Positions 6,702 through 13,894 of a stretch of DNA of 16,047 nt are shown here, one piece after another. The DNA comes from a virus. The notes below the pieces were generated by a model. The model had not been told where the DNA came from, did no database searches, and worked only from the letters and a program-made list of their open reading frames with translations. The position numbers and the translations under genes were made by a program. Positions within the stretch are counted from its first letter, which is position 1. Each line of letters opens with the position of its first letter. The stretch lies in IMG/VR virus record IMGVR_UViG_3300033171_000037; one strand, 5' to 3'.

Positions 6702-7097
6702 ATGGCTACGCCGAAGATCATTTACGAAACCACAAGCGGGGAGGAGATCAAGGCCTTGCGAGAGGAGGCCCGGAAGCTGCGAGACGAGGCAGCGAAGCTC
6801 CGGCAGTTCCGGGGAATGGAACCGGCGGCGAGGGAGAGGGAGGCGGAGGCGGCCAGGCTGGAGGGCGAGGCCGAGGACCTGTGGAGCGCGGCGCGGTTGG
6901 AGGCGTTGACGGTCTACCTCGGCCCGGTGGAGAAGATCACCGCGAAGGGGCCGAAGACGTATGAGTACTATTTCGCGTCCTGGAAGATGGGGGATAAGGT
7001 CGTCAATAAGTACATCGGCTCTCCTCGGAAGATGACCCAAAAGGCGGCCACAGAGAAGGCCCGCCAGCTGAAGGCGGAGGCGCTGGCAGTTCTGTGA
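6702..7097 (+). CDS. Hypothetical coiled-coil protein
   Basis: 131 aa with a charged helical N-terminal half. The C-terminal segment GPKTYEYYFASWKMGDKVVNKYIGS is of unknown function. The start looks leaderless. Confidence 0.6.
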   Translation: MATPKIIYETTSGEEIKALREEARKLRDEAAKLRQFRGMEPAAREREAEAARLEGEAEDLWSAARLEALTVYLGPVEKITAKGPKTYEYYFASWKMGDKVVNKYIGSPRKMTQKAATEKARQLKAEALAVL

Positions 7098-7143
7098 TAT
7101 CTTCCAGATTTGGGCGTGAAATATAACAGAACTATCATCAAGG

Positions 7144-7186
7144 AGCTTCGGAAGTGAAGCTTCTCCAACTCTTCTCTCTTTTTTCT
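7144..7186 (+). terminator. Weak hairpin followed by a T-rich run
   Basis: AGCTTC (7144-7149) pairs with GAAGCT (7156-7161), followed by cttctctcttttttct. Confidence 0.3.
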
Positions 7187-7454
7187 AATCGTCCAAAGTG
7201 GGCTTGTTTACAACTCCTGCCCCTGCGTTCCACAGACTATGGAATCTGCCCCCTTCTGTCGCGCAAAGGTATGGGTAAATCGATCAAGTTTGGGCTTATC
7301 CGAGTATCTGCCCTCGGAGATGCGGCGACTGATAGCGTTTTTGTGGACGAAATTTTCAAGTGGACTTATCGATCGGTTATAACAAGTTTATGGCTAACAT
7401 TACATCAACAGACGCCTCAAACATCAAGTATATTTTTATCCTTACTTCATATTT

Positions 7455-7498
7455 CTTATGTAACCAATTGGTCGGTATAGGTGGGCAAGTTACATAAG
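7455..7498. promoter_or_regulatory. Second copy of the operator architecture: CTTATGTAAC-N24-GTTACATAAG
   Basis: The half-sites are 7455-7464 and 7489-7498. The TTATGTRAC core and the 24-nt spacer are the same as at 6649-6692. Confidence 0.6.
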
Positions 7499-7532
7499 AA
7501 AAACGACCCATGGCGGGCGAAGGAGGGTAACT

Positions 7533-7562
7533 TTTAAATAACTTACTCACCCACTTACTCAC
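7533..7562 (+). promoter_or_regulatory. TATA box plus tandem ACTTACTCAC repeats upstream of the zinc-ribbon gene
   Basis: TTTAAATA lies at 7533-7540. ACTTACTCAC occurs at 7541-7550 and 7553-7562. ATG 7563 follows directly, with no SD. Confidence 0.5.
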
Positions 7563-7907
7563 ATGCCTGGAGCGAAATTCGCCCCAATATTGGTCGAATG
7601 CAAAAACTGCGGCCACGAATGGATGTATGGCGGGCAGTCGATGTACTACTGCACATGTCCTGTATGCCACTACAAAAACCTCGTCCCTCTATTTGGTGAG
7701 AGGTGGCATGTTGCAATGGCGCGGTTGGCACAACTGATGAGTGAAAGCGGTATATCTCCAGCTGATGAGTATAAGCACGCCAATTATGTAATATCATTCA
7801 TAAGACGGCTACTAAAAGAGGACGGACTCGATGATTGGCGCGCGGGGCTTGAGACTGACTTGGAGGAGATGAAAAGACGAAGAGCCGAGGCAAAGGCCAT
7901 GATGTAG
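7563..7907 (+). CDS. Zinc-ribbon protein
   Basis: 114 aa. CKNCGH...(18 aa)...CPVCH is a four-Cys ribbon pattern near the N-terminus. Confidence 0.65.
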   Translation: MPGAKFAPILVECKNCGHEWMYGGQSMYYCTCPVCHYKNLVPLFGERWHVAMARLAQLMSESGISPADEYKHANYVISFIRRLLKEDGLDDWRAGLETDLEEMKRRRAEAKAMM

Positions 7908-8000
7908 ATTGATGAAAGTGGTGGTCATCCAATTGGTTTTTATATAATTTCGTTGGATAACATCAAAATCCTTAAATACTTCGCGCCAGATAATAAGGAC

Positions 8001-8031
8001 GGGTGACTTCGGATGGACCCCGAAGTCGCCC
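8001..8031 (+). other. Strong hairpin at the predicted 5' end of the primase leader
   Basis: GGGTGACTTCGG (8001-8012) pairs with CCGAAGTCGCCC (8020-8031) as 12 bp with one G-U pair and a 7-nt loop. CTTAAATA at 7971-7978 sits about 27 nt upstream. Confidence 0.55.
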
Positions 8032-8065
8032 GGGCGAAACTAACACATTTGGGGCTGTGTCAGTT

Positions 8066-8191
8066 ATGAATAGATTCTATTCAAAGGGATATAAACTTCC
8101 CGATTATAGGGAAGATCCGGATAAAGAGATCTCCGGAAGGATTGAAAGAGACCTCAACAGAGAGAGCAAGCAGTGGGGGCGGTCAAAATGA
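8066..8191 (+). CDS. Possible leader micro-ORF 1 (41 aa)
   Basis: It runs from ATG 8066 to TGA 8189-8191, and its stop overlaps ATG 8188 (ATGA). There is no convincing SD. Confidence 0.2.
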   Translation: MNRFYSKGYKLPDYREDPDKEISGRIERDLNRESKQWGRSK

Positions 8192-8277
8192 AGGTGGAAC
8201 CGCCACCCATTGACGATTACTTTCGCCTCGCACGTGGCGAAAAAATAAGAGATATCCTGCGAGAGGGGAGAAGATGA
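8188..8277 (+). CDS. Possible leader micro-ORF 2 (29 aa, MKVEPPPIDDYFRLARGEKIRDILREGRR)
   Basis: It has ATGA overlaps at both ends. Its start overlaps the stop of micro-ORF 1, and its stop TGA 8275-8277 overlaps the primase ATG 8274. Confidence 0.3.
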   Translation: MKVEPPPIDDYFRLARGEKIRDILREGRR

Positions 8278-10859
8278 CCCTCCCCCCGAAGCCTACGGCC
8301 CTTGAAGTCTGGCATCGGAACGCACCCGCTGCCCTGAAGGAGGTCGAAGGCTGGATTCTGTGGAAATATACCCCCGTCAATGGAAAATGGACCAAACCCC
8401 CATTTAACGAGGACGGGAAAAAGATCGACGCCCACGACCCCACAGAATGGATGACCTTTTCCCAGGCAGTCCAGGCCTACCAGCGGGGCGGATTCGACGG
8501 GATCGGGCTCTCTCTCAATGCTATGGAGGCTCTCGCCGGCGTCGACCTCGACCATTGCGTCAAGGGAGGGGAGATCGAGCCGTGGGCGCTGAAGATCGTC
8601 GAGGAGCTGGGAAGCTACGTTGAGATCTCACCGAGCGGTGAGGGGCTCCGAATACTGGGATATGGAAAGCTTCGCCGAGAGGGGCGCAAAAAGGGCAATG
8701 TGGAGGTCTACGATGGGGGCAGGTATCTCACCTTCACCGGCCACAGGCTGGATAGCGCAACCTCTGATATAGAGGACTTCGACGAGGCACTCAATCGAGT
8801 ACACCACCGGATATGGGCCGAGAACCCGAAGATCCCCATCCTCCAAAGCAATGGGGGCGAGGTGGGTGGTGATCTGGCCGAGAGATTCGCAGCCCTCTGC
8901 GATGATGACCCGAAATTTAAGGATAGATACTATTCTCCCGCGAGTGTCGGTGATAGATCTGATCACGAGTTCCACCTCTGCGCCCGGCTATGGGAAGAGG
9001 GGTTCTCCGAGTCTGAGATCAGATCTTTGATGGATTCGTCCCCCCAGGAGAAATGGAGAGAGAGGGGCGCCGACGACTACAGGGACACCACGATCAGAAG
9101 AGCTATTCAATCAGCAGCGGCGCCGAAGGGGAACAGAGGGGCCGAGGGGGCGAGACAGGTCTCCGAGGAGGAGCTCGCCACCATGAAGATGGACAACGGC
9201 CCCAAATTCAAGCTTAATCTACCTGGGAACCACTACTTAACCCGTTATATCGCATACGGGCGGGACGTCTCCGATGCTTATCCCGACTACTGGCTCGCCG
9301 GGGGGCTCTATCAACTGGCCGTGATCGCCGATAAGAAGATATGGGTCAAGCTGAGGCAGGGGACGATCTATCCTAATCTCTACATCTTCGTGGCGGGTAA
9401 ATCCGGACTCAGCCGAAAGACTACAATCATCGACGTCTCCGAGTCTCTCCTCAACGACCACAGGCCGGGGACGGCTGTGAACGCGGTCCCGACGGAGTTC
9501 TCGCCGGAGGCCTTCATCGAGCACCTCGACGCAAGCCCTCATGCCCCATGGGTCAGAGATGAAGCTGCCGGGGTTCTAAAGGCCATGAAACGGGACTACA
9601 TGAGGGGCTTCAAAGATTCGCTGATGCAGTTGTACGATTGCAGACCCATTCATCGAAAGCTTCGGACAAACCGGCGGTCGAAGAGTAAAACCGACTTTGT
9701 AGTGGACGACCCCTATCTCAACGTCCTGTGGGCGACGACGGACTCATCATTAGCGGCCAACACCGAGATCAACGACACCCTAAGCGGCTTCATGGCGAGG
9801 TTCATCTATCACTTTCCGAGGAGGCCTAAAGAGCGATGGCTCCCCCTCGAAGAGGGTGAGGCGATGAACTCCGAGCTGGAGCTCGTCGTCAGGGGCCAAC
9901 TGACGGCTATGGTGAACAAGGTCGCCGAGATGCCGGGGCGCCAACTCAAATTCAGCCCAGAGGCGGCCCAGTACTGGAGCGAATGGCAACTACAGAGAGC
10001 GAGGGAGATCGAGAAGCGGGACGACGCCAACGAGATGCAGATACACAGCCGACTGGTTCCGTTGGTGGCGAAACTGGCGATGCTCTTCGAGCTCGGATCT
10101 TCGGATTTTGATCCGGGATGGCCTCGGCCCATAGGGGTGGGATATGTCGTCGAGGCGTGCAGGCTTGTGGACGAATATTATCAGCCCATGGCCATGGCCG
10201 TCTATGACATGGTAGGCCGGGACCTGGAGAAGAACGTGATCGACCGGATCATAGCGTTTTTGAAGAGGCATGGTGGCGTTTCTACCAAGCGGAAAATATC
10301 CAGGCATGTGAAGATCAAGGCGAGGGAGCTCCAGGAGTATCTCGATACCATGGTCGGGGACGGAACCATCGAGTACTGTGAGATCCAGAACCCCAGGGGC
10401 GAAGCTACGATCAAGGTCGTCCTTAGTGTCGATACTGTATATACAGTCAATAAAGTCATATCTGTCAATACTGTCACTCGTAACACTGAGGATCGAGAGG
10501 ATAATCGTAACACTAAATCTGAAGATAAATTATCTTCTTGTGGGGAAGGTGTTACAGAGGAAGGCCGCAAACTAGGTGACAGTGAATACCCCTGTGACAG
10601 TGGTGACAGTTCCGACAGATTGACAGTATGCCCACCCCCGCAGCCCCCAAAGCCAAAAGCGGCAACAGCTACCGAAAAGACCGAGCCGCCGAGGATATTC
10701 AACCTGAGCATCCCCTACTATCTGGACCTGGGAGGAGGTCAACTCCCCACCGTGAAAGCCCTGATGAAAGATCAGAACTGGCCACAGGATAAGGCAGTAA
10801 TGGCTATCGGGATGCTGGAGCAACAGGGATATTCGAGAGGGTTTAATTGTCCTGATTAG
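8274..10859 (+). CDS. Replication protein: AEP prim-pol domain, PriCT-like helical region, DUF3987/helicase-like NTPase, wHTH and a repeat-rich C-terminal tail
   Basis: 861 aa. The AEP motifs are GVDLDHC (D91/D93), YVEISPSGEGLRILG and NVEVYDGGRYLTFTG. EFHLCARLWEEGFSESEIRSLM is PriCT-like. FVAGKSGLSRKTT and PWVRDEAAG are NTPase-like. ISRHVKIKARELQEYLDTMVGDGTI is wHTH-like. Confidence 0.85.
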   Translation: MTLPPKPTALEVWHRNAPAALKEVEGWILWKYTPVNGKWTKPPFNEDGKKIDAHDPTEWMTFSQAVQAYQRGGFDGIGLSLNAMEALAGVDLDHCVKGGEIEPWALKIVEELGSYVEISPSGEGLRILGYGKLRREGRKKGNVEVYDGGRYLTFTGHRLDSATSDIEDFDEALNRVHHRIWAENPKIPILQSNGGEVGGDLAERFAALCDDDPKFKDRYYSPASVGDRSDHEFHLCARLWEEGFSESEIRSLMDSSPQEKWRERGADDYRDTTIRRAIQSAAAPKGNRGAEGARQVSEEELATMKMDNGPKFKLNLPGNHYLTRYIAYGRDVSDAYPDYWLAGGLYQLAVIADKKIWVKLRQGTIYPNLYIFVAGKSGLSRKTTIIDVSESLLNDHRPGTAVNAVPTEFSPEAFIEHLDASPHAPWVRDEAAGVLKAMKRDYMRGFKDSLMQLYDCRPIHRKLRTNRRSKSKTDFVVDDPYLNVLWATTDSSLAANTEINDTLSGFMARFIYHFPRRPKERWLPLEEGEAMNSELELVVRGQLTAMVNKVAEMPGRQLKFSPEAAQYWSEWQLQRAREIEKRDDANEMQIHSRLVPLVAKLAMLFELGSSDFDPGWPRPIGVGYVVEACRLVDEYYQPMAMAVYDMVGRDLEKNVIDRIIAFLKRHGGVSTKRKISRHVKIKARELQEYLDTMVGDGTIEYCEIQNPRGEATIKVVLSVDTVYTVNKVISVNTVTRNTEDREDNRNTKSEDKLSSCGEGVTEEGRKLGDSEYPCDSGDSSDRLTVCPPPQPPKPKAATATEKTEPPRIFNLSIPYYLDLGGGQLPTVKALMKDQNWPQDKAVMAIGMLEQQGYSRGFNCPD
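10434..10627. repeat. Intragenic block of iterons and palindromes (candidate origin)
   Basis: Elements in order: palindrome ACTGTATATACAGT (10434-10447); ACTGTCAC (10470-10477); TCGTAACACT twice (10478-10487 and 10505-10514); palindrome GAAGATAA-a-TTATCTTC (10521-10537). GTGACAGT occurs three times (10576, 10594, 10603), with degenerate copies at 10613 and 10620. Confidence 0.6.
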
Positions 10860-10868
10860 GACAATTAA
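10843..10868 (+). terminator. 11-bp hairpin spanning the primase stop codon
   Basis: TTAATTGTCCT (10843-10853) pairs with AGGACAATTAA (10858-10868) across the loop GATT. The stop TAG is at 10857-10859. Confidence 0.45.
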
Positions 10869-10869
10869 C

Positions 10870-10885
10870 CAAAGCTATTTATATA
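10870..10885 (+). promoter_or_regulatory. BRE/TATA-like promoter of the packaging operon
   Basis: CAAAGC (10870-10875) is followed by TTTATATA (10878-10885). The box is centred about 27 nt upstream of ATG 10909, which has no SD. Confidence 0.5.
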
Positions 10886-10908
10886 TTGATTATCCTTATA
10901 GTACACTG

Positions 10909-11322
10909 ATGGCTAAAGGCGGTCCTGTCGCCGAGGACGAAGAGAAGGCGATCCTGGAGGCCCTGAAGGCGGGCCGATCCGTCCGGGACGTGGCCGAAGA
11001 GTTTCAGAGAGGGACGGGAACGATATCCCGGATCGCTTCCAGAAACGGCCTGGATCTAGGGGAACGTTCCACCACAAAAAGGGCCGCTCTTATCAAGTCC
11101 TGTTACGCCTCCGAGGACAGGATCAAGCTGATAGGCGAGGCCCTGAACAAAGGCCGGGAGCTTCTGAAAAGCTGCGATAACCCCCGCGATTTTCAGTATC
11201 TGATGACCGGCTTTGCGATTGGCATCGATAAGCGGCGGCTGGAAGAGTCCACCGACCCATCGGCGAGGGGCGGGGAGATCCGCATTTTGTTTGAGAAGAT
11301 GGGTGAGGAGGTGGAGGCGTGA
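10909..11322 (+). CDS. terS: Terminase small subunit
   Basis: 137 aa. It has an N-terminal HTH (ILEALKAGRSVRDVAEEFQRGTGTISRIASRNG) and sits immediately upstream of the large terminase gene, overlapping it. Confidence 0.65.
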   Translation: MAKGGPVAEDEEKAILEALKAGRSVRDVAEEFQRGTGTISRIASRNGLDLGERSTTKRAALIKSCYASEDRIKLIGEALNKGRELLKSCDNPRDFQYLMTGFAIGIDKRRLEESTDPSARGGEIRILFEKMGEEVEA

Positions 11323-12527
11323 CCTTCCAAGTCCCTGTGGGGAAACAGCGGGACTTCTGCCTTCACTCCGACGCCCGGGTCAACCTCGCCCACGGGGCGG
11401 TCAGATCAGCGAAGACCGTCGGGGCCAACGTCCGATGGTTGCGGGCTGTCCTGGAGGCTCCGAGAGACGTTAACCTGCTGATGACCGGGAAGACGTTGAC
11501 GAGCCTGGAGCGAAACGTCCTCCTCCCCATCTCGAAGCTCGTCGGGCCTGACAACTTCGAATACCGGCGGTCCCTGAAGGTCGCCACCATCTACGGGCGG
11601 CCTATCCTCTGTGAGGGTGCCAATGACGAGGCGGCCTATGCGAAGATCGCAGGCCTCACCCTCGGAGGGGCTCTCGTCGATGAGGGCTCCCTAACCCCTG
11701 AGAGCTTCTTTAACATGCTGATCTCTCGTCTCTCGGAGCCCGGCTCCCAGCTCTTCTTAACCACGAATCCCGGCAACCCCGGACACTTTTTAAAGAAACG
11801 ATGGATAGACCGAGAGGGCGAGCTGGACCTCAAGACATGGCATTTCGAGTTGACAGATAACCCCTGGCTGGATCCCGTATACGTCGCTGAGCTGAAGCGC
11901 CAGTTCGGGCCGAGAGGCTCCCTCTTCTATCAGAGGTACATCGACGGCTTGTGGGTGGCTGCTGAGGGCGCCGTTTACCGCAACTTCAACCGAGATCTTC
12001 ACTGCATCCCCCGCCTTCCCGATGGTCGGATCGAGGAGATGAGAGTCGCTGTGGACCCTGGCGCCACCCACCCCACAGCGATGCTGAAAGCGTACCGGCT
12101 AGCCGATAAATGGTACATCGCTGGAGAGTACCGCAAGGCCGACAAGTCCCCGGCTGAGGTCTCGAAGGATCTGAAGAAATTCCTGGCTGGGATGTACCCG
12201 ACCTCGATCGACGTTGACCCGGCGGCCAAAGCTCACCGGCTCCAGTTTGTGGGGGATGGGATCGAGGGCGTCCAGCAGGCAGACAACGACGTCCTCAACG
12301 GGATCCAGAAGGTGATCAACGCCTTCGACCAGGGCTGGCTCTACCTCGTCGGCTGCCCCATGCTGGCCGAGGAGCTGGAAGGCTACCGATGGGACCCCAA
12401 AGCCACCGAGCGGGGCGAGGACGCGCCCATCAAAGAAGACGACGACCTCGCCGACTGCCTTCGCTACCTGGTCAACAGGATCAGCAAGAGCCGCCGAGTT
12501 ACCGATTTTAGGAGGCCTTCAAGATGA
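11319..12527 (+). CDS. terL: Terminase large subunit
   Basis: 402 aa. The GTG start overlaps the terS stop (GTGA) and follows GAGGAGGTGGAGG. The motifs are Walker A-like GAVRSAKT, Walker B GGALVDEGS, the coupling motif LTTNPG, and nuclease acidic motifs VAVDPG and EDDDLADCLRY. Confidence 0.9.
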   Translation: MTFQVPVGKQRDFCLHSDARVNLAHGAVRSAKTVGANVRWLRAVLEAPRDVNLLMTGKTLTSLERNVLLPISKLVGPDNFEYRRSLKVATIYGRPILCEGANDEAAYAKIAGLTLGGALVDEGSLTPESFFNMLISRLSEPGSQLFLTTNPGNPGHFLKKRWIDREGELDLKTWHFELTDNPWLDPVYVAELKRQFGPRGSLFYQRYIDGLWVAAEGAVYRNFNRDLHCIPRLPDGRIEEMRVAVDPGATHPTAMLKAYRLADKWYIAGEYRKADKSPAEVSKDLKKFLAGMYPTSIDVDPAAKAHRLQFVGDGIEGVQQADNDVLNGIQKVINAFDQGWLYLVGCPMLAEELEGYRWDPKATERGEDAPIKEDDDLADCLRYLVNRISKSRRVTDFRRPSR

Positions 12528-13894
12528 CCGTATTCACCACGTTAGATTTTCTCAAACCCGGCCAGAAGTGGCCGCCAGACAAAGACCGGCTGGCTCGATA
12601 CGCAAAGAACCGGCTGCTGATGGAAGGAGACCACGATTTGGTCTTCGCCGGATTGAATGAGGACGACGCCCCCCGGATCATCAAGATGAGGGTCAACTGG
12701 TTCAAGAGGATCTGCACCCTCTTCTCCGATCTAGCTGTGGGGAACCCACCGAAGATCACCGCCGAGGATCAGGCCACGGTGGACAGGATCGCCGACGATA
12801 ACGGCTTCGAGACCCTGGCTTACGACCTCTTCAGCGACCTGATCGCCTTCGGTGATGGGGTCCTCAAGCCTCGATGGGATGGGAAGCGCGGGGTCATCAG
12901 TCGGATCGATCCCCGCCACTGGTTCCCGGTGGTGGACCCCGACGACTCCGGGGCGTTCTCGGCTCACGTTCTGGCCTGGGAGGTCCCCTTCGGCGATGAC
13001 AAGTACGTCAAGGTGGAGATCCACAAGCCCGGAAAGATCGAGCACAGGCTCTTGAAGCTCACCTCTGATGGTAAGGAGATCAAAGAGCCCGTCCCCCTGG
13101 CCACCATCGAGAGGTACTCCAGCCTGAAAGAAGAGGAGGAGACCGGCGTTGCTGGTTTCCTGGTCTTCCCCTTCTCCAACCTGAAGGCCGGGAACGGCGT
13201 CTTCGGGCTGGACGACTTCAAAGACATCTCCGACCTTGTGGAGGAGATCGAGAGGAGGCTGATTAAGGTCTCGGGGACTCTGGACGTCTTCGCCGATCCC
13301 TGGATGTGCGGGCCGTCGGGGCTTAGGGTCCGAGACCCTCTCACCGGCGAGGTCGTGTGGGCTTCCGATGAGAAGTACATCGCCCTTAACGAGGGCGAGT
13401 CCCCGCCAAAGATCCTAACCTGGGATGCTGAGATGGAGGCCACGTTCCGACAGATCGAGACCCTTCTCTCTCAGCTCTACGTCATGGCAGAACTCTCCCC
13501 GGCTGCCTTTGGTGAGACAAAGAACGGGCTCGCCGAGTCGGGAAGCGCCCTCAAGAGGTTGATGCTCCCCACCCTGGCGAAGGTTAACCGGCTGAGGCTC
13601 AGGATCAGGCCGAAGCTCATCGAGGTCCTCAAGACCACAGCAGAACTCGAGGTTGCATCCAGGATGAGCGGGGCTCAGAAGCTCACCACCGTCTCCCTGG
13701 AGTGGAGATCAGCCCTTCCCGTTGATCCTGTGGAAGCGGCCAACGTCGAAAAAACAAAGCGCGACGCCGGAGTCACGTCTCGCCGGTCCAGCATATCCAG
13801 GCTGATGGAAGGCGCATCAGAGAAGGACATCGACGCCGAAGTCGCCAGTATCGAGGAGGAAGAGGACCTCTTCAAGCGTGAGATAATGGTATGA
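12524..13894 (+). CDS. Portal protein
   Basis: 456 aa. An ATGA overlap couples it to terL, and AGGAGG lies upstream. Its size and its position between terL and the MuF-like gene fit a portal. Confidence 0.8.
   Translation: MTVFTTLDFLKPGQKWPPDKDRLARYAKNRLLMEGDHDLVFAGLNEDDAPRIIKMRVNWFKRICTLFSDLAVGNPPKITAEDQATVDRIADDNGFETLAYDLFSDLIAFGDGVLKPRWDGKRGVISRIDPRHWFPVVDPDDSGAFSAHVLAWEVPFGDDKYVKVEIHKPGKIEHRLLKLTSDGKEIKEPVPLATIERYSSLKEEEETGVAGFLVFPFSNLKAGNGVFGLDDFKDISDLVEEIERRLIKVSGTLDVFADPWMCGPSGLRVRDPLTGEVVWASDEKYIALNEGESPPKILTWDAEMEATFRQIETLLSQLYVMAELSPAAFGETKNGLAESGSALKRLMLPTLAKVNRLRLRIRPKLIEVLKTTAELEVASRMSGAQKLTTVSLEWRSALPVDPVEAANVEKTKRDAGVTSRRSSISRLMEGASEKDIDAEVASIEEEEDLFKREIMV

Noticed and set aside
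6653-7040. Gly/Arg-rich alternative frames (6653-6964 and 6676-6909 on the plus strand, 6696-7040 on the minus strand).
   Set aside because: They are by-products of the purine-rich, repetitive coding sequence of the 131-aa coiled-coil gene. The frame at 6702-7097 has the promoter context and a sensible protein.
7170-7376. A minus-strand open frame (...LDRFTHTFARQKGADSIV...) that faintly recalls the R-H-T-F-A box of tyrosine recombinases, suggesting an integrase relic.
   Set aside because: Only four or five residues match. The catalytic Arg position is not conserved, there is no start codon, and the frame ends before any Tyr motif. This is too weak to call.
7154-7670. The ORFs at 7154-7480 (+) and 7377-7670 (-) as genes.
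   Set aside because: Neither has an SD or a promoter-like context, and both products look implausible. The minus-strand ORF also overlaps the zinc-ribbon gene and its promoter. I kept the region only as an unexplained stretch.
8003-8191. The full 62-aa ORF starting at GTG 8003.
   Set aside because: Its first third coincides with the strong hairpin at the predicted transcript 5' end. I kept only the shorter version from ATG 8066 as a low-confidence micro-ORF.
8217-10823. Multiple minus-strand and alternative-frame ORFs inside the primase gene (for example 8628-8975, 9237-9542, 9809-10132, 10202-10711).
   Set aside because: They lie entirely within an 861-aa ORF that has recognisable motifs. 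Their composition is typical of shadow frames.
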